A DNA stretch of 64,000 nt from the human T2T-CHM13v2.0 reference genome, Homo sapiens: NCBI RefSeq assembly GCF_009914755.1, contig NC_060931.1; one strand, given 5' to 3'. Position numbers and translations under genes: made by a program. Shown piece by piece: positions 40,169-53,900 of this stretch; positions within the stretch are counted from its first letter, which is position 1; every line of letters starts with the position of its first letter. The notes beneath the pieces are model-generated. The model did not search any database and was not told the origin of the DNA. It worked only from the letters and a program-made list of their open reading frames with translations.

Positions 40169-43100
40169 ATTCTCAGAAACTACTTTGCGATGTGTGCCTT
40201 CAACTCACAGAGTTTAACCTTTCTTTTCTTAGAGCAGTTTAGAAACACTCTGCTTGTTATGTCTGCAAGTGTATATTTGGACCTCTTTGAGGCCTTCGTT
40301 GCAAACGGGGTTTCTTCCTTTAATGCTAGACTAAGAAGAGTTCTCAGTAACTTTTTTGTGTTGTGTGTATTCAACTCACAGAGTTGAACCTTGCTTTAGA
40401 GAGAGCAGATTTGAAACACTCTTGCTGTGGCATTTTCAGGTGGAGATTTCAAGCGATTTGAGGACAATTGCAGAAAAGGAAATATCTTCGTATAATAACC
40501 AGACAGAATCATTCTCAGAAAGTGCTTTGTGATGTGTGCGTTCAACTCACAGAGTTTAACCTTTCTTTTCATAGAGGAGTTTGGAAACACTCTGTTTGTA
40601 AAGTCTGCAAGTGGATATATGGACCTGTTTGAGGCCTTCGTTGGAAACGGGATTTCTTCATTGAATGCTAGACGGAAGAATTCTCAGTAAATTCTTTGTG
40701 TTGCGTGCATTCAACTCACAGAGTGGAACGTCCCTTTAGACAGAGCAGATTTGAAACACTCTTTTTGCGGAATTTGCAAGTGGAGATTTCTAGCCATTTG
40801 ATGCCAACAGTAGAAAGGGAAATATCTTCAAATAAAAACCAGACAGAATCATTCTCAGAAAATTCTTTGTGATGTGTGCGTTCAACTCACATAGTTTAAC
40901 CTTTCTTTTCATAGAGCAGTTTGGAAACACTCTGTTTGTAAAGTCTGCAAGTGGATATATGGACCGCATTGAGGCCTTCGTTGGAAACGGGATTTCTTCA
41001 TTTCATGCTAGACAGAAGAATTCTCAGTAACTTCTTTGTGCTGTGTGTATTCAACTCACAGAGTGGAACGTCCCTTTGCACAGAGCAGATTTGAAACACT
41101 CTTTTTGTGGAATTTGCAAGTGGAGATTTCAAGCGATTTGATGCCAACAGTAGAAAAGGAAATATCTTCAAATAAAAACTAGACAGAATCATTCTCAGAA
41201 ACTACTTTGTGATCTGTGCCTTCAACTCACAGAGTTTAACCTTTCTTTTCTTAGAGCAGTTTAGAAACACTCTGCTTGTTATGTCTGCAAGTGGATATTT
41301 GGACCTCTTTGAGGCCTTCGTTGCAAACGGGGTTTCTTCCTTTCATGCTAGACTAAGAAGAGTTCTCACTAACTTTTTTGTGTTGTGTGTATTCAACTCA
41401 CAGAGTTGAACCTTGCTTTAGAGAGAGCAGATTTGAAACACTCTTGCTGTGGCATTTTCAGGTGGAGATTTCAAGCGATTTGAGGACAATTGCAGAAAAG
41501 GAAATATCTTCGTATAATAACCAGACAGAATCATTCTCAGAAAGTGCTTTGTGATGTGTGCGTTGAACTCACAGAGTTTAACCTTTCTTTTCATAGAGGA
41601 GTTTGGAAACACACTGTTTGTAAAGTCTGCAATTGGATATATGGACCTGTTTGAGGCCTTCGTTGGAAACGGGATTTTATCATGTAATGCTAGACGGAAG
41701 AATTCTCAGTAAATTCTTTGTGTTGTGTGCATTCAACTCACAGAGTGGAACGTCCCTTTAGACAGAGCAGATTTGAAACACTCTTTTTGCGGAATTTGCA
41801 AGTGGAGATTTCTAGCCATTTGATGCCAACAGTAGAAAGGGAAATATCTTCAAATAAAAACTAGACAGAATCATCCTCAGAAAATTCTTTGTGATGTGTG
41901 CGTTCAACTCACATAGTTTAACCTTTCTTTTCATAGAGCAGTTTGGAAACACTCTGTTTGTAAAGTCTGCAAGTGGATATATGGACCGCATTGAGGCCTT
42001 CGTTGGAAACGGGATTTCTTCATTTCATGCTAGACAGAAGAATTCTCAGTAACTTCTTTGTGCTGTGTGTATTCAACTCACAGATTGGAACGTCCCTTTA
42101 CACAGAGCAGATTTGAAACACTCTTTTTGTGGAATTTGCAAGTGGAGATTTCAAGCGATTTGATGCCAACAGTAGAAAAGGAAATATCTTCAAATAAAAA
42201 CTAGACAGAATCATTCTCAGAAACTACTTTGTGATGTGTGCCTTCAACTCACAGAGTTTAACCTTTCTTTTCTTAGAGCAGTTTAGAAACACTCTGCTTG
42301 TTATGTCTGCAAGTGGATATTTGGACCTCTTTGAGGCCTTCGTTGCCAACGGGGTTTCTTCCTTTAATGCTAGACTAAGAAGAGTTCTCAGTAACTTTTT
42401 TGTGTTGTGTGTATTCAATTCACAGAGTTGAACCTTGCTTTAGAGAGAGCAGATTTGAAACACTCTTGCTGTGGCATTTTCAGGTGGAGATTTCAAGCGA
42501 TTTGAGGACAATTGCAGAAAAGGAAATATCTTCGTATAATAACCAGAGAGAATAATTCTCAGAAAGTGCTTTGTGAAGTGTGCGTTCAACTCACAGAGTT
42601 TAACCTTTCTTTTCATAGAGGAGTTTGGAAACACACTGTTTGTAAAGTCTGCAAGTGGATATATGGACCTGTTTGAGGCCTTCGTTGGAAACGGGATTTT
42701 ATCATATAATGCTAGACGGAAGAATTCTCAGTAAATCCTTTGTGTTGTGTGCATTCAACTCACAGAGTGGAACGTCCCTTTAGACAGAGCAGATTTGAAA
42801 CACTCTTTTTGCGGAATTTGCAAGTGGAGATTTCTAGCCATTTGATGCCAAGAGGAGAAAGGGAAATATCTTCAAATAAAAACTAGACAGAATCATCCTC
42901 AGAAAATTCTTTGTGATGTGTGCGTTCAACTCACATAGTTTAACCGTTCTTTTCATAGAGCAGTTTCGAAACACTCTGTTGGTAAAGTCTGCAACTGGAT
43001 ATATGGACCGCATTGAGGCCTTCGTTGGAAACGGGATTTCTTCATTTCATGCTAGACAGAAGAATTCTCAGTAACTTCTTTGTGGTGTGTGTATTCAACT

Positions 43101-43912
43101 CACAGATTGGAACGTCCCTTTACACAGAGCAGATTTGAAACACTCTTTTTGTGGAATTTGCAAGTGGAGATTTCAAGCGATTTGATGCCAACAGTAGAAA
43201 AGGAAATATCTGCAAATAAAAACTAGAGAGAATCATTCTCAGAAAGTGCTTTGTGATATGTGCGTTCAACTCAGAGTTTAACCTTTCTTTTCATAGAGGA
43301 GTTTGGAAACACACTGTTTGTAAAGTCTGCAATTTGATATATGGACCTGTTTGAGGCCTTCGTTGGAATCGGGATTTCTTCACTGAATGCTAGACGGAAG
43401 AATTCTCAGTAAATTCTTTGTGTTGTGTGCATTAAACTCACAGAGTGGAACGTCCCTTTAGACAGAGCAGATTTGAAACACTCTTTTTGCGGAATTTGCA
43501 AGTGGAGATTTCTAGCCATTTGATGCCAACAGTAGAAAGGGAAATATCTTCAAATAAAAACCAGACAGAATCATTCTCAGAAAATTCTTTGTGATGTGTG
43601 CGTTCAACTCACATAGTTTACCCTTTCGTTTCATAGAGCAGTTTGGAAACACTCTGTTTGTAAAGTCTGCAAGTGGATATATGGACCGCATTGAGGCCTT
43701 CGTTGGAAACGGGATTTCTTCATTTCATGCTAGACAGAAGAATTCTCAGTAACTCCTTTGTGCTGTGTGTATTCAACTCACAGAGTGGAACGTCCCTTTG
43801 CACAGAGCAGATTTGAAACACTCTTTTTGTGGAATTTGCAGGTGGAGATTTCAAGCGATTTGATGCCAACAGTAGAAAAGGAAATATCTTCAAATAAAAA
43901 CTAGACAGAATC
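40169..43912 (+). repeat. HOR units 6,6,10-mer
   Basis: A starts at 40169, 41191, 42213 and 43913. Confidence 0.9.
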
Positions 43913-45952
43913 ATTCTCAGAAACTTCTTTGTGATGTGTGCCTTCAACTCACAGAGTTTAACCTTTCTTTTCTTAGAGCAGTTTAGAAACACTCTGCTTG
44001 TTATGTCTGCAAGTGGATATTTGGACCTCTTTGAGGCCTTCGTTGCAAACGGGGTTTCTTCCTTTAATGCTAGACTAAGAAGAGTTCTCAGTAACTTTTT
44101 TGTGTTGTGTGTATTCAACTCACAGAGTTGAACCTTGCTTTAGAGAGAGCAGATTTGAAACACTCTTGCTGTGGCATTTTCAGGTGGAGATTTCAAGCGA
44201 TTTGAGGACAATTGCAGAAAAGGAAATATCTTCGTATAATAACCAGACAGAATCATTCTCAGAAAGTGCTTTGTGATGTGTGCGTTCAACTCACAGAGTT
44301 TAACCTTTCTTTTCATAGAGGAGTTTGGAAACACACTGTTTGTAAAGTCTGCAAGTGGATATATGGACCTGTTTGAGGCCTTCGTTGGAAACGGGATTTT
44401 ATCATATAATGCTAGACGGAAGAATTCTCAGTAAATTCTTTGTGTTGTGTGCATTCAACTCACAGAGTGGAACGTCCCTTTAGACAGAGCAGATTTGAAA
44501 CACTCTTTTTGCGGAATTTGCAAGTGGAGATTTCTAGCCATTTGATGCCAAGAGTAGAAAGGGAAATATCTTCAAATAAAAACTAGACAGAATCATCCTC
44601 AGAAAATTCTTTGTGATGTGTGCGTTCAACTCACATAGTTTAACCTTTCTTTTCATAGAGCAGTTTGGAAACACTCTGTTGGTAAAGTCTGCAAGTGGAT
44701 ATATGGACCGCATTGAGGCCTTCGTTGGAAACGGGATTTCTTCATTTCATGCTAGACAGAAGAATTCTCACTAACTTCTTTGTGGTGTGTGTATTCAACT
44801 CACAGATTGGAACGTCCCTTTACACAGAGCAGATTTGAAACACTCTTTTTGTGGAATTTGCAAGTGGAGATTTCAAGCGATTTGATGCCAACAGTAGAAA
44901 AGGAAATATCTGCAAATAAAAACTAGACAGAAACATTCTCAGAAAGTGCTTTCTGATGTGTGCGTTCAACTCAGAGTTTAACCTTTCTTTTCATAGAGGA
45001 GTTTGGAAACACACTGTTTGTAAAGTCTGCAAGTGGATATATGGACCTGTTTGAGAACTTCGTTGGAAACGGGATTTCTTCACTGAATGCTAGACGGAAG
45101 AATTCTAAGTAAATTCTTTGTGTTGTGTGCATTCAACTCACAGAGTGGAACGTCCCTTTAGACAGAGCAGATTTGAAACATTCTTTTTGCGGAATTTGCA
45201 AGTGGAGATTTCTAGCCATTTGATGCCAACAGTAGAAAGGGAAATATCTTCAAATAAAAACCAGACAGAATCATTCTCAGAAAATTCTTTGTGATGTGTG
45301 CGTTCAACACACATAGTTTAACCTTTCTTTTCATGGAGGAGCTTGGAAACACTCTGTTGTTAAAGTCTGCAAGCGGATATATGGACCGCATTGAGGCCTT
45401 CGTTTGAAACGGGATTTCTTCATTTCATGCTAGACAGAAGAATTCTCAGTAACTTCTTTGTGTTGTGTGCATTCAACTCACAGAGTGGAACGTCCCTTTA
45501 GATAGAGCAGGTTTGAAACACTCTTTTTGCGGAATTTGCAAGTGGAGATTTCTAGCCATTTGAAGCCAACAGTAGAAAGGGAAATATCTTCAAATAAAAA
45601 CCAGACAGAATCATCCTCAGAAAATTCTTTGTGATGTGTGCGTTCAACTAACATACTTTAACCTTTCTTTTCATAGAGCAGTTTGGAAACACTCTGTTGT
45701 TAAAGTCTGCAAGTGGATATATGGACCGCATTGAGGCCTTCGTTGGAAACGGGATTTCTTCATTTCATGCTAGACAGAAGAATTCTCAGTAACTTCTTTG
45801 TGCTGTGTGTATTCAACTCACAGAGTGGAACGTCCCTTTACACAGAGCAGATTTGAAACACTCTTTTTGTGGAATTTGCAAGTGGAGATTTCAAGCGATT
45901 TGATGCCAACAGTAGAAAAGGAAATATCTTCAAATAAAAACTAGACAGAATC
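43913..45952 (+). repeat. 12-mer HOR variant ABCDEFCDE(F/D)EF (2040 bp)
   Basis: Anchor spacing is 2040, with an extra D-E dimer starting at the hybrid monomer at ~45441. Confidence 0.85.
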
Positions 45953-47994
45953 ATTCTCAGAAACTACTTTGTGATGTGTGCCTTCAACTCACAGAGTTTA
46001 ACCTTTCTTTTCTTAGAGCAGTTTAGAAACACTCTGCTTGTTATGTCTGCAAGTGGATATTTGGACCTCTTTGAGGCCTTCGTTGCAAACGGGGTTTCTT
46101 CCTTTAATGCTAGACGAAGAAGAGTTCTCAGTAACTTTTTTGTGTTGTGTGTATTCAACTCACAGAGTTGAACCTTGCTTTAGAGAGAGCAGATTTGAAA
46201 CACTCTTTCTGTGGCATTTTCAGGTGGACATTTCAAGCGATTTGAGGACAATTGCAGAAAAGGAAATATCTTCGTATAATAACCAGACAGAATCATTCTC
46301 AGAAAGTGCTTTGTGATGTGTGCGTTCAACTCACAGAGTTTAACCTTTCTTTTCATAGAGGAGTTTGGAAACACACTGTTTGTAAAGTCTGCAAGTGGAT
46401 ATATGGACCTGTTTGAGGCCTTCGTTGGAAACGGGATTTTATCATATAATGCTAGACGGAAGAATTCTCAGTAAATTCTTTGTGTTGTGTGCATTCAACT
46501 CACAGAGTGGAACGTCCCTTTAGACAGAGCAGATTTGAAACACTCTTTTTGCGGAATTTGCAAGTGGAGATTTCTAGCCATTTGATGCCAACAGTAGAAA
46601 GGGAAATACCTTCAAATAAAAACAAGACAGAATCATCCTCAGAAAATTCTTTGTGATGTGTGCGTTCAACTCACATAGTTTAACCTTTCTTTTCATAGAG
46701 CAGTTTGGAAACACTCTTTTGGTAATGTCTGCAAGTGGATATATGGACCGCATTGAGGCCTTCGTTGGAAACGGGATTTCTTCATTTCATGCTAGACAGA
46801 AGAATTCTCAGTAACTTCTTTGTGTTGTGTGTATTCAACTCACAGATTGGAACGTCCCTTTACACAGAGCAGATTTGAAACACTCTTTTTGTGGAATTTG
46901 CAAGTGGAGATTTCAAGCGATTTGATGCCAACAGTAGAAAAGGAAATATCTGCAAATAAAAACTAGACAGAATCATTCTCAGAAAGTGCTTTGTGATGTG
47001 TGCGTTCAACTCACAGAGTTTAACCTTTCTTTTCATAGAGGAGTTTGGAAACACACTGTTTGTAAAGTCTGCAATTGGATATATGGACCTGTTTGAGGCC
47101 TTCGTTGGAAACGGGATTTCTTCATTGAATGCTAGACGGAAGAATTCTCAGTAAATTCTTTGTGTTGTGTGTATTCAACTCACAGATTGGAACGTCCCTT
47201 TACACAGAGCAGATTTCAAACACTCTTTTTGTGGAATTTGCAAGTGGAGATTTCAAGCGATTTGATGCCAACAGTAGAAGAGGAAATATCTGCAAATAAA
47301 AACTAGACAGAATCATTCTCAGAAAGTGCTTTGTGATGTGTCAGTTCAACTCACAGAGTTTAACCTTTCTTTTCATAGAGGAGTTTGGAAACACACTGTT
47401 TGTAAAGTCTGCAATTGGATATATGGACCTGTTTGAGGCCTTCGTTGGAAACGGGATTTTATCATATAATGCTAGACGGAAGAATTCTCAGTAAATTCTT
47501 TGTGTTGTGTGCATTCAACTCACAGAGTGGAACGTCCCTTTAGAGAGAGCAGATTTGAAACACTCTTTTTGCGGAATTTGCAAGTGGAGATTTCTAGCCA
47601 TTTGATGCCAACAGTAGAAAGGGAAATATCTTCAAATAAAAACTAGACAGAATCATCCTCAGAAAATTCTTTGTGATGTGTGCGTTCAACTCACATAGTT
47701 TAACCTTTCTTTTCATAGAGCAGTTTGGAAACACTCTGTTTGTAAAGTCTGCAAGTGGATATATGGACCGCATTGAGGCCTTCGTTGGAAACGGGATTTC
47801 TTCATTTCATGCTAGACAGAAGAATTCTCAGTAACTTCTTTGTGCTGTGTGTATTCACCTCACAGAGTGGAACGTCCCTTTACACAGAGCAGATTTGAAA
47901 CACTCTTTTTGTGGAATTTGAAAGTGGAGATTTCATGCGATTTGATGCCAACAGTAGAAAAGGAAATATCTTCAAATAAAAACTAGACAGAATC
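45953..47994 (+). repeat. 12-mer HOR variant ABCDEFC(D/F)CDEF (2042 bp)
   Basis: Anchor spacing is 2042. The monomer at ~47143 begins like D (AGTAAA) and continues as F' (GTATTC, CAGATTGG, TTACACAG, ATCTGCAAAT). Confidence 0.85.
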
Positions 47995-50900
47995 ATTCTC
48001 AGAAACTTCTTTGTGATGTTTGGCTTCAACTCACAGAGTTTAAACTTTCTTTTCTTAGAGCAGTTTAGAAACACTCTGCTTGTTATGTCTGCAAGTGGAT
48101 ATTTGGACCTCTTTGAGGCCTTCGTTGCAAACGGGGTTTCTTCCTTGAATGCTAGACTAAGAAGAGTTCTCAGTAACTTTTTTGTGTTGTGTGTATTCAA
48201 CTCACAGAGTTGAACCTTGCTTTAGAGAGAGCAGATTTGAAACACTCTTGCTGTGGCATTTTCAGGTGGAGATTTCTAGCGATTTGAGGACAATTGCACA
48301 AAAGGAAATATCTTCGTATAATAACCAGACAGAATCATTCTCAGAATGTACTTTGTGATGTGTGCGTTCAACTCACAGAGTTTAACGTTTCTTTTCATAG
48401 AGGAGTTTGGAAACACACTGTTTGTAAAGTCTGCAAGTGGATATATGGACCTCTTTGAGGCCTTCGTTGGAAACGGGATTTTATCATATAATGCTAGACG
48501 GAAGAATTCTCAGTAAATTCTTTGTGTTGTGTGTATTCAACTCACAGAGTGGAACGTCCCTTTAGACAGAGCAGATTTGAAACACTCTTTTTGCGGAATT
48601 TGCAAGTGGAGATTTCTAGCCATTTGATGCCAACAGTAGAAAGGGAAATATCTTCAAATAAAAACCAGACAGAATCATTCTCAGAAAATTCTTTGTGATG
48701 AGTGCGTTCAACTCACATAGTTTAACCTTTCTTTTCATAGAGCAGTTTGGAAACACTCTGTTGGTAAAGTCTGCAAGTGGATATATGGACCGCATTGAGG
48801 CCTTCGTTGGAAACGGGATTTCTTCATTTCATGCTAGACAGAAGAATTCTCAGTAACTTCTTTGTGTTGTGTGTATTCAACTCACAGATTGGAACGTCAC
48901 TTTACACAGAGCAGATTTGAAACACTCTTTTTGTGGAATTTGCAAGTGGAGATTTCAAGCGATTTGATGCCAACAGTAGAAAAGGAAATATCTGCAAATA
49001 AAAACTAGACAGAATCATTCTCAGAAACTACTTTGTGATGTGTGCCTTCTACTCACAGAGTTTAACCTTTCTTTTCATAGAGGAGTTTGGAAACACACTG
49101 TTTGTAAAGTCTGCATTTGGATATATGGACCTGTTTGAGGCCTTCGTTGGAAACGGGATTTCTTCATTGAATGCTAGACGGAAGAATTCTCAGTAAATTC
49201 TTTGTGTTGTGTGCATTCAACTCACAGAGTGGAACGTCCCTTTAGACAGAGCAGATTTGAAACACTCTTTTTGCGGAATTTGCAAGTGGAGATTTCTAGC
49301 CATTTGATGCCAACAGTAGAAAGGGAAATATCTTCAAATAAAAACCAGACAGAATCATTCTCAGAAAATTCTTTGTGATGTGTGCGTTCAACTCACATAT
49401 TTTAACCTTTCTTTTCATAGAGCAGTTTGGAAACACTCTGTTTGTAAAGTCTGCAAGTGGATATATGGACCGCATTGAGGCCTTCGTTGGAAACGGGATT
49501 TCTTCATTTCATGCTAGACAGAAGAATTCTCAGTAACTTCTTTGTGCTGTGTGTATTCAACTCACAGAGTGGAACGTCCCTTTACACAGAGCAGATTTGA
49601 AACACTCTTTTTGTGGAATTTGCAAGTGGAGATTTCCAGCGATTTGATGCCAACAGTAGAAAAGGAAATATCTTCAAATAAAAACTAGACAGAATCATTC
49701 TCAGAAACTACTTTGTGATGTGTGCCTTCAACTCACAGAGTTTAACCTTTCTTTTCTTAGAGCAGTTTAGAAACACTCTGCTTGTTATGTCTGCAAGTGG
49801 ATATTTGGACCTCTTTGAGGCCTTCGTTGCAAACGGGGTTTCTTCCTTTAATGCTAGACTAAGAAGAGTTCTCAGTAACTTGTTTGTGTTGTGTTTATTC
49901 AACTCACAGAGTTGAACCTTGCTTTAGAGAGAGCAGATTTGAAACACTCTTGCTGTGGCATTTTCAGGTGGAGAATTCAAGCGATTTGAGGACAATTGCA
50001 GAAAAGGAAATATCTTCGTATAATAACCAGACAGAATCATTCTCAGAAAGTGCTTTGTGATGTGTGCGTTCAACTCACAGAGTTTAACCTTTCTTTTCAT
50101 AGAGGACTTTGGAAACACACTGTTTGTAAAGTCTGCAATTGGATATATGGACCTGTTTGAGGCCTTCGTTGGAAACGGGATTTTATCATATAATGCTAGA
50201 CGGAAGAATTCTCAGTAAATTCTTTGTGTTGTGTGCATTCAACTCACAGAGTGGAACGTCCCTTTAGACAGAGCAGATTTGAAACACTCTTTTTGCGGAA
50301 TTTGCAAGTGGAGATTTCTAGCCATTTGATGCCAACAGTAGAAAGGGAAATATCTTCAAATAAAAACCAGACAGAATCATTCTCAGAAAATTCTTTGTGA
50401 TGTGTGCGTTCAACTCACATAGTTTAAACCTTTCTTTTCATAGAGCAGTTTGGAAACACTCTGTTGTTAAAGTCTGCAAGTGGATATATGGACCGCATTG
50501 AGGCCTTCGTTGCAAACTGGATTTCTTCATTTCATGCTAGACAGAAGAATTCTCAGTAACTCCTTGTGCTGTGTGTATTCAACTCACAGAGTGGAACGTC
50601 CCTTTACACAGAGCAGATTTGAAACACTCTTTTTGTGGAATTTGCAAGAGGAGATTTCAAGCGATTTGATGCCAACAGTAGAAAAGGAAATATCTTCAAA
50701 TAAAAACTAGACAGAATCATTCTCAGAAACTTCTTTGTGATGTGTGGCTTCAACTCACAGAGTTTAAACTTTCTTTTCTTAGAGCAGTTTAGAAACACTC
50801 CTCTTGTTATGTCTGCAAGTGGATATTTCGACCTCTTTGAGGCCTTCGTTGCAAATGGGGTTTCTTCCTTTAATGCTAGACTAAGAAGAGTTCTCAGTAA

Positions 50901-53900
50901 CTTTTTTGTGTTGTGTGTATTCAACTCACAGAGTTGAACCTTGCTTTAGAGAGAGCAGATTTGAAACACTCTTGCTGTGGCATTTTCAGGTGGAGATTTC
51001 TAGCGATTTGAGGACAATTGCACAAAAGGAAATATCTTCGTATAATAACCAGACAGAATCATTCTCAGAAAGTGCTTTGTGATGTGTGCGTTCAACTCAC
51101 AGAGTTTAACGTTTCTTTTCATAGAGGAGTTTGGAAACACACTGTTTGTAAAGTCTGCAAGTGGATATATGGACTTCTTTGAGGCCTTCGTTGGAAACGG
51201 GATTTTATCATATAATGCTAGACGGGAGAATTCTCAGTAAATTCTTTGTGTTGTGTGTATTCAACTCACAGAGTGGAACGTCCCTTTAGACACAGCAGAT
51301 TTGAAACACTCTTTTTGCGGAATTTGCAAGTGGAGATTTCTAGCCATTTGATGCCAACAGTAGAAAGGGAAATATCTTCAAATAAAAACCAGACAGAATC
51401 ATTCTCAGAAAATTCTTTGTGATGTGTGCGTTCAACTCACATAGTTTAACCTTTCTTTTCATAGAGCAGTTTGGAAACACTCTGTTTGTAAAGTCTGCAA
51501 GTGGATATATGGACCGCATTGAGGCCTTCGTTGGAAACGGGATTTCTTCATTTCATGCTAGACAGAAGAATTCTCACTAACTTCTTTGTGCTGTGTGTAT
51601 TCAACTCACAGAGTGGAACGTCCCTTTACACAGAGCAGATTTGAAACACTCTTTTTGTGGAATTTGCAAGTGGAGATTTCAAGCGATTTGATGCCAACAG
51701 TAGAAAAGGAAATATCTTCAAATAAAAACTAGACAGAATCATTCTCAGAGACTACTTTGTGATGTGTGCGTTCAACTCACAGAGTTTAACATTTCTGTTC
51801 TTAGAGCAGTTTAGAAACACTCTGCTTGTTATGTCTGCAAGTGGATATTTGGACCTCTTTGAGGCCTTCGTTGCAAACGGGTTTTCTTCCTTTCATGCTA
51901 GACTAAGAAGAGTTCTCAGTAACTTTCTTGTGTTGTGTGTATTCAACTCACAGAGTTGAACCTTGCTTTAGAGAGAGCAGATTTGAAACACTCTTGCTGT
52001 GGCATTTTCAGGTGGAGATTTCAAGCAATTTGAGGACAATTTCAGAAAAGGAAATATCTTCGTATAATAAACAGACAGAATCATTCTCAGAAAGTGCTTT
52101 GTGATGTGTGCGTTCAACTCACAGAGTTTAACCTTTCTTTTCATAGAGGAGTTTGGAAACACACTGTTTGTAAAGTCTGCAAGTGGATATATGGACCTGT
52201 TTGAGGCCTTCGTTGGAAACGGGATTTTATCATATAATGCTAGAATTCTCAGTAAATTCTTTGTGTTGTGTGCATTCAACTCACAGAGTGGAACGTCCCT
52301 TTAGACAGAGCAGATTTGAAACACTCTTTTTGCGGAATTTGCAAGTGGAGATTTCTAGCCATTTGATGTCAACAGTAGAAAGGGAAATATCTTCAAATAA
52401 AAACCAGACAGAATCATTCTCAGAAAATTCTTTGTGATGTGTGCGTTCAACTCACATAGTTTAACCTTTCTTTTTATAGAGCAGTTTGGAAACACTCTGT
52501 TTGTAAAGTCTGCAAGTGGATATATGGACCGCATTGAGGCCTTCATTGGAAACGGGATTTCTTTATTTCATGCTAGGCAGAAGAATTCTCAGTAACTTCT
52601 TTGTGCTGTGTGTATTCAACTCACAGAGTGGAGCGTCCCTTTACACAGAGCAGATTTGAAACACTCTTTTTGTGGAATTTGCAAGTGGAGATTTCAAGCG
52701 ATTTGATGCCAACAGTAGAAAAGGAAATATCTTCAAATAAAAACTAGACAGAATCATTCTCAGAAACTACTTTGTGATGTGTGCCTTCAACTCACAGAGT
52801 TTAACCTTCCTTTTCTTAGAGCAGTTTAGAAACACTCTGCTTGTTATGTCTGCAAGTGGATATTTTGACCTCTTTGAGGCCTTCGTTGCAAACGGGGTTT
52901 CTTCCTTTAATGCTAGACTAAGAAGAGTTCTCAGTAACTTTTCTGTGTTGTGTGTATTCAACTCACAGAGTTGAACCTTGCTTTAGAGAGAGCAGATTTG
53001 AAACACTCTTGCTGTGGCATTTTCAGGTGGAGATTTCTAGCGATTTGAGGACAATTGCACAAAAGGAAATATCTTCGTATAATAACCAGACAGAATCATT
53101 CTCAGAAAGTGCTTTGTGATGTGTGCGTTCAACTCACAGAGTTTAACCTTTCTTTTCATAGAGGAGTTTGCAAACACACTGTTTGTAAAGTCTGCAAGTG
53201 GATATATGGCCCTGTTTGAGGCCTTCGTTGGAAACGGGATTTTATCATATAATGCTAGACCGAAGAATTCTCAGTAAATTCTTTGTGTTGTGTGTATTCA
53301 ACTCACAGAGTGGAACGTCCCTTTAGACAGAGCAGATTTGAAACACTCTTTTTGCGGAATTTGCAAGTGGAAATTTCTAGCCATTTGATGCCAACAGTAG
53401 AAAGGGAAATATCTTCAAATAAAAACCAGACAGAATCATTCTCAGAAAATTCTTTGTGATGAGTGCGTTCAACTCACATAGTTTAACCTTTCTTTTCATA
53501 GAGCAGTTTGGAAACACTCTGTTTGTAAAGTCTGCAAGTGGATATATGGACCGCACTGAGGCCTTCGTTGGAAAAGGGATTTCTTCATTTCATGCTAGAC
53601 AGAAGAATTCTCAGTAACTTCTTTGTGCTGTGTGTATTCAACTCACAGAGTGGAACGTCCCTTTACACAGAGCAGATTTGAAACACTCTTTTTGTGGAAT
53701 TTGCAAGTGGAGATTTCAAGCGATTTGATGCCAACAGTAGAAAAGGAAATATCTTCAAATAAAAACTAGGCAGAATCATTCTCAGAGACTACTTTGTGAT
53801 GTGTGCGTTCAACTCACAGAGTTTAACCTTTCTTTTCTTAGAGCAGTTTAGAAACACTCTGCTTGTTATGTCTCCAAGTGGATATTTGGACCTCTTTGAG

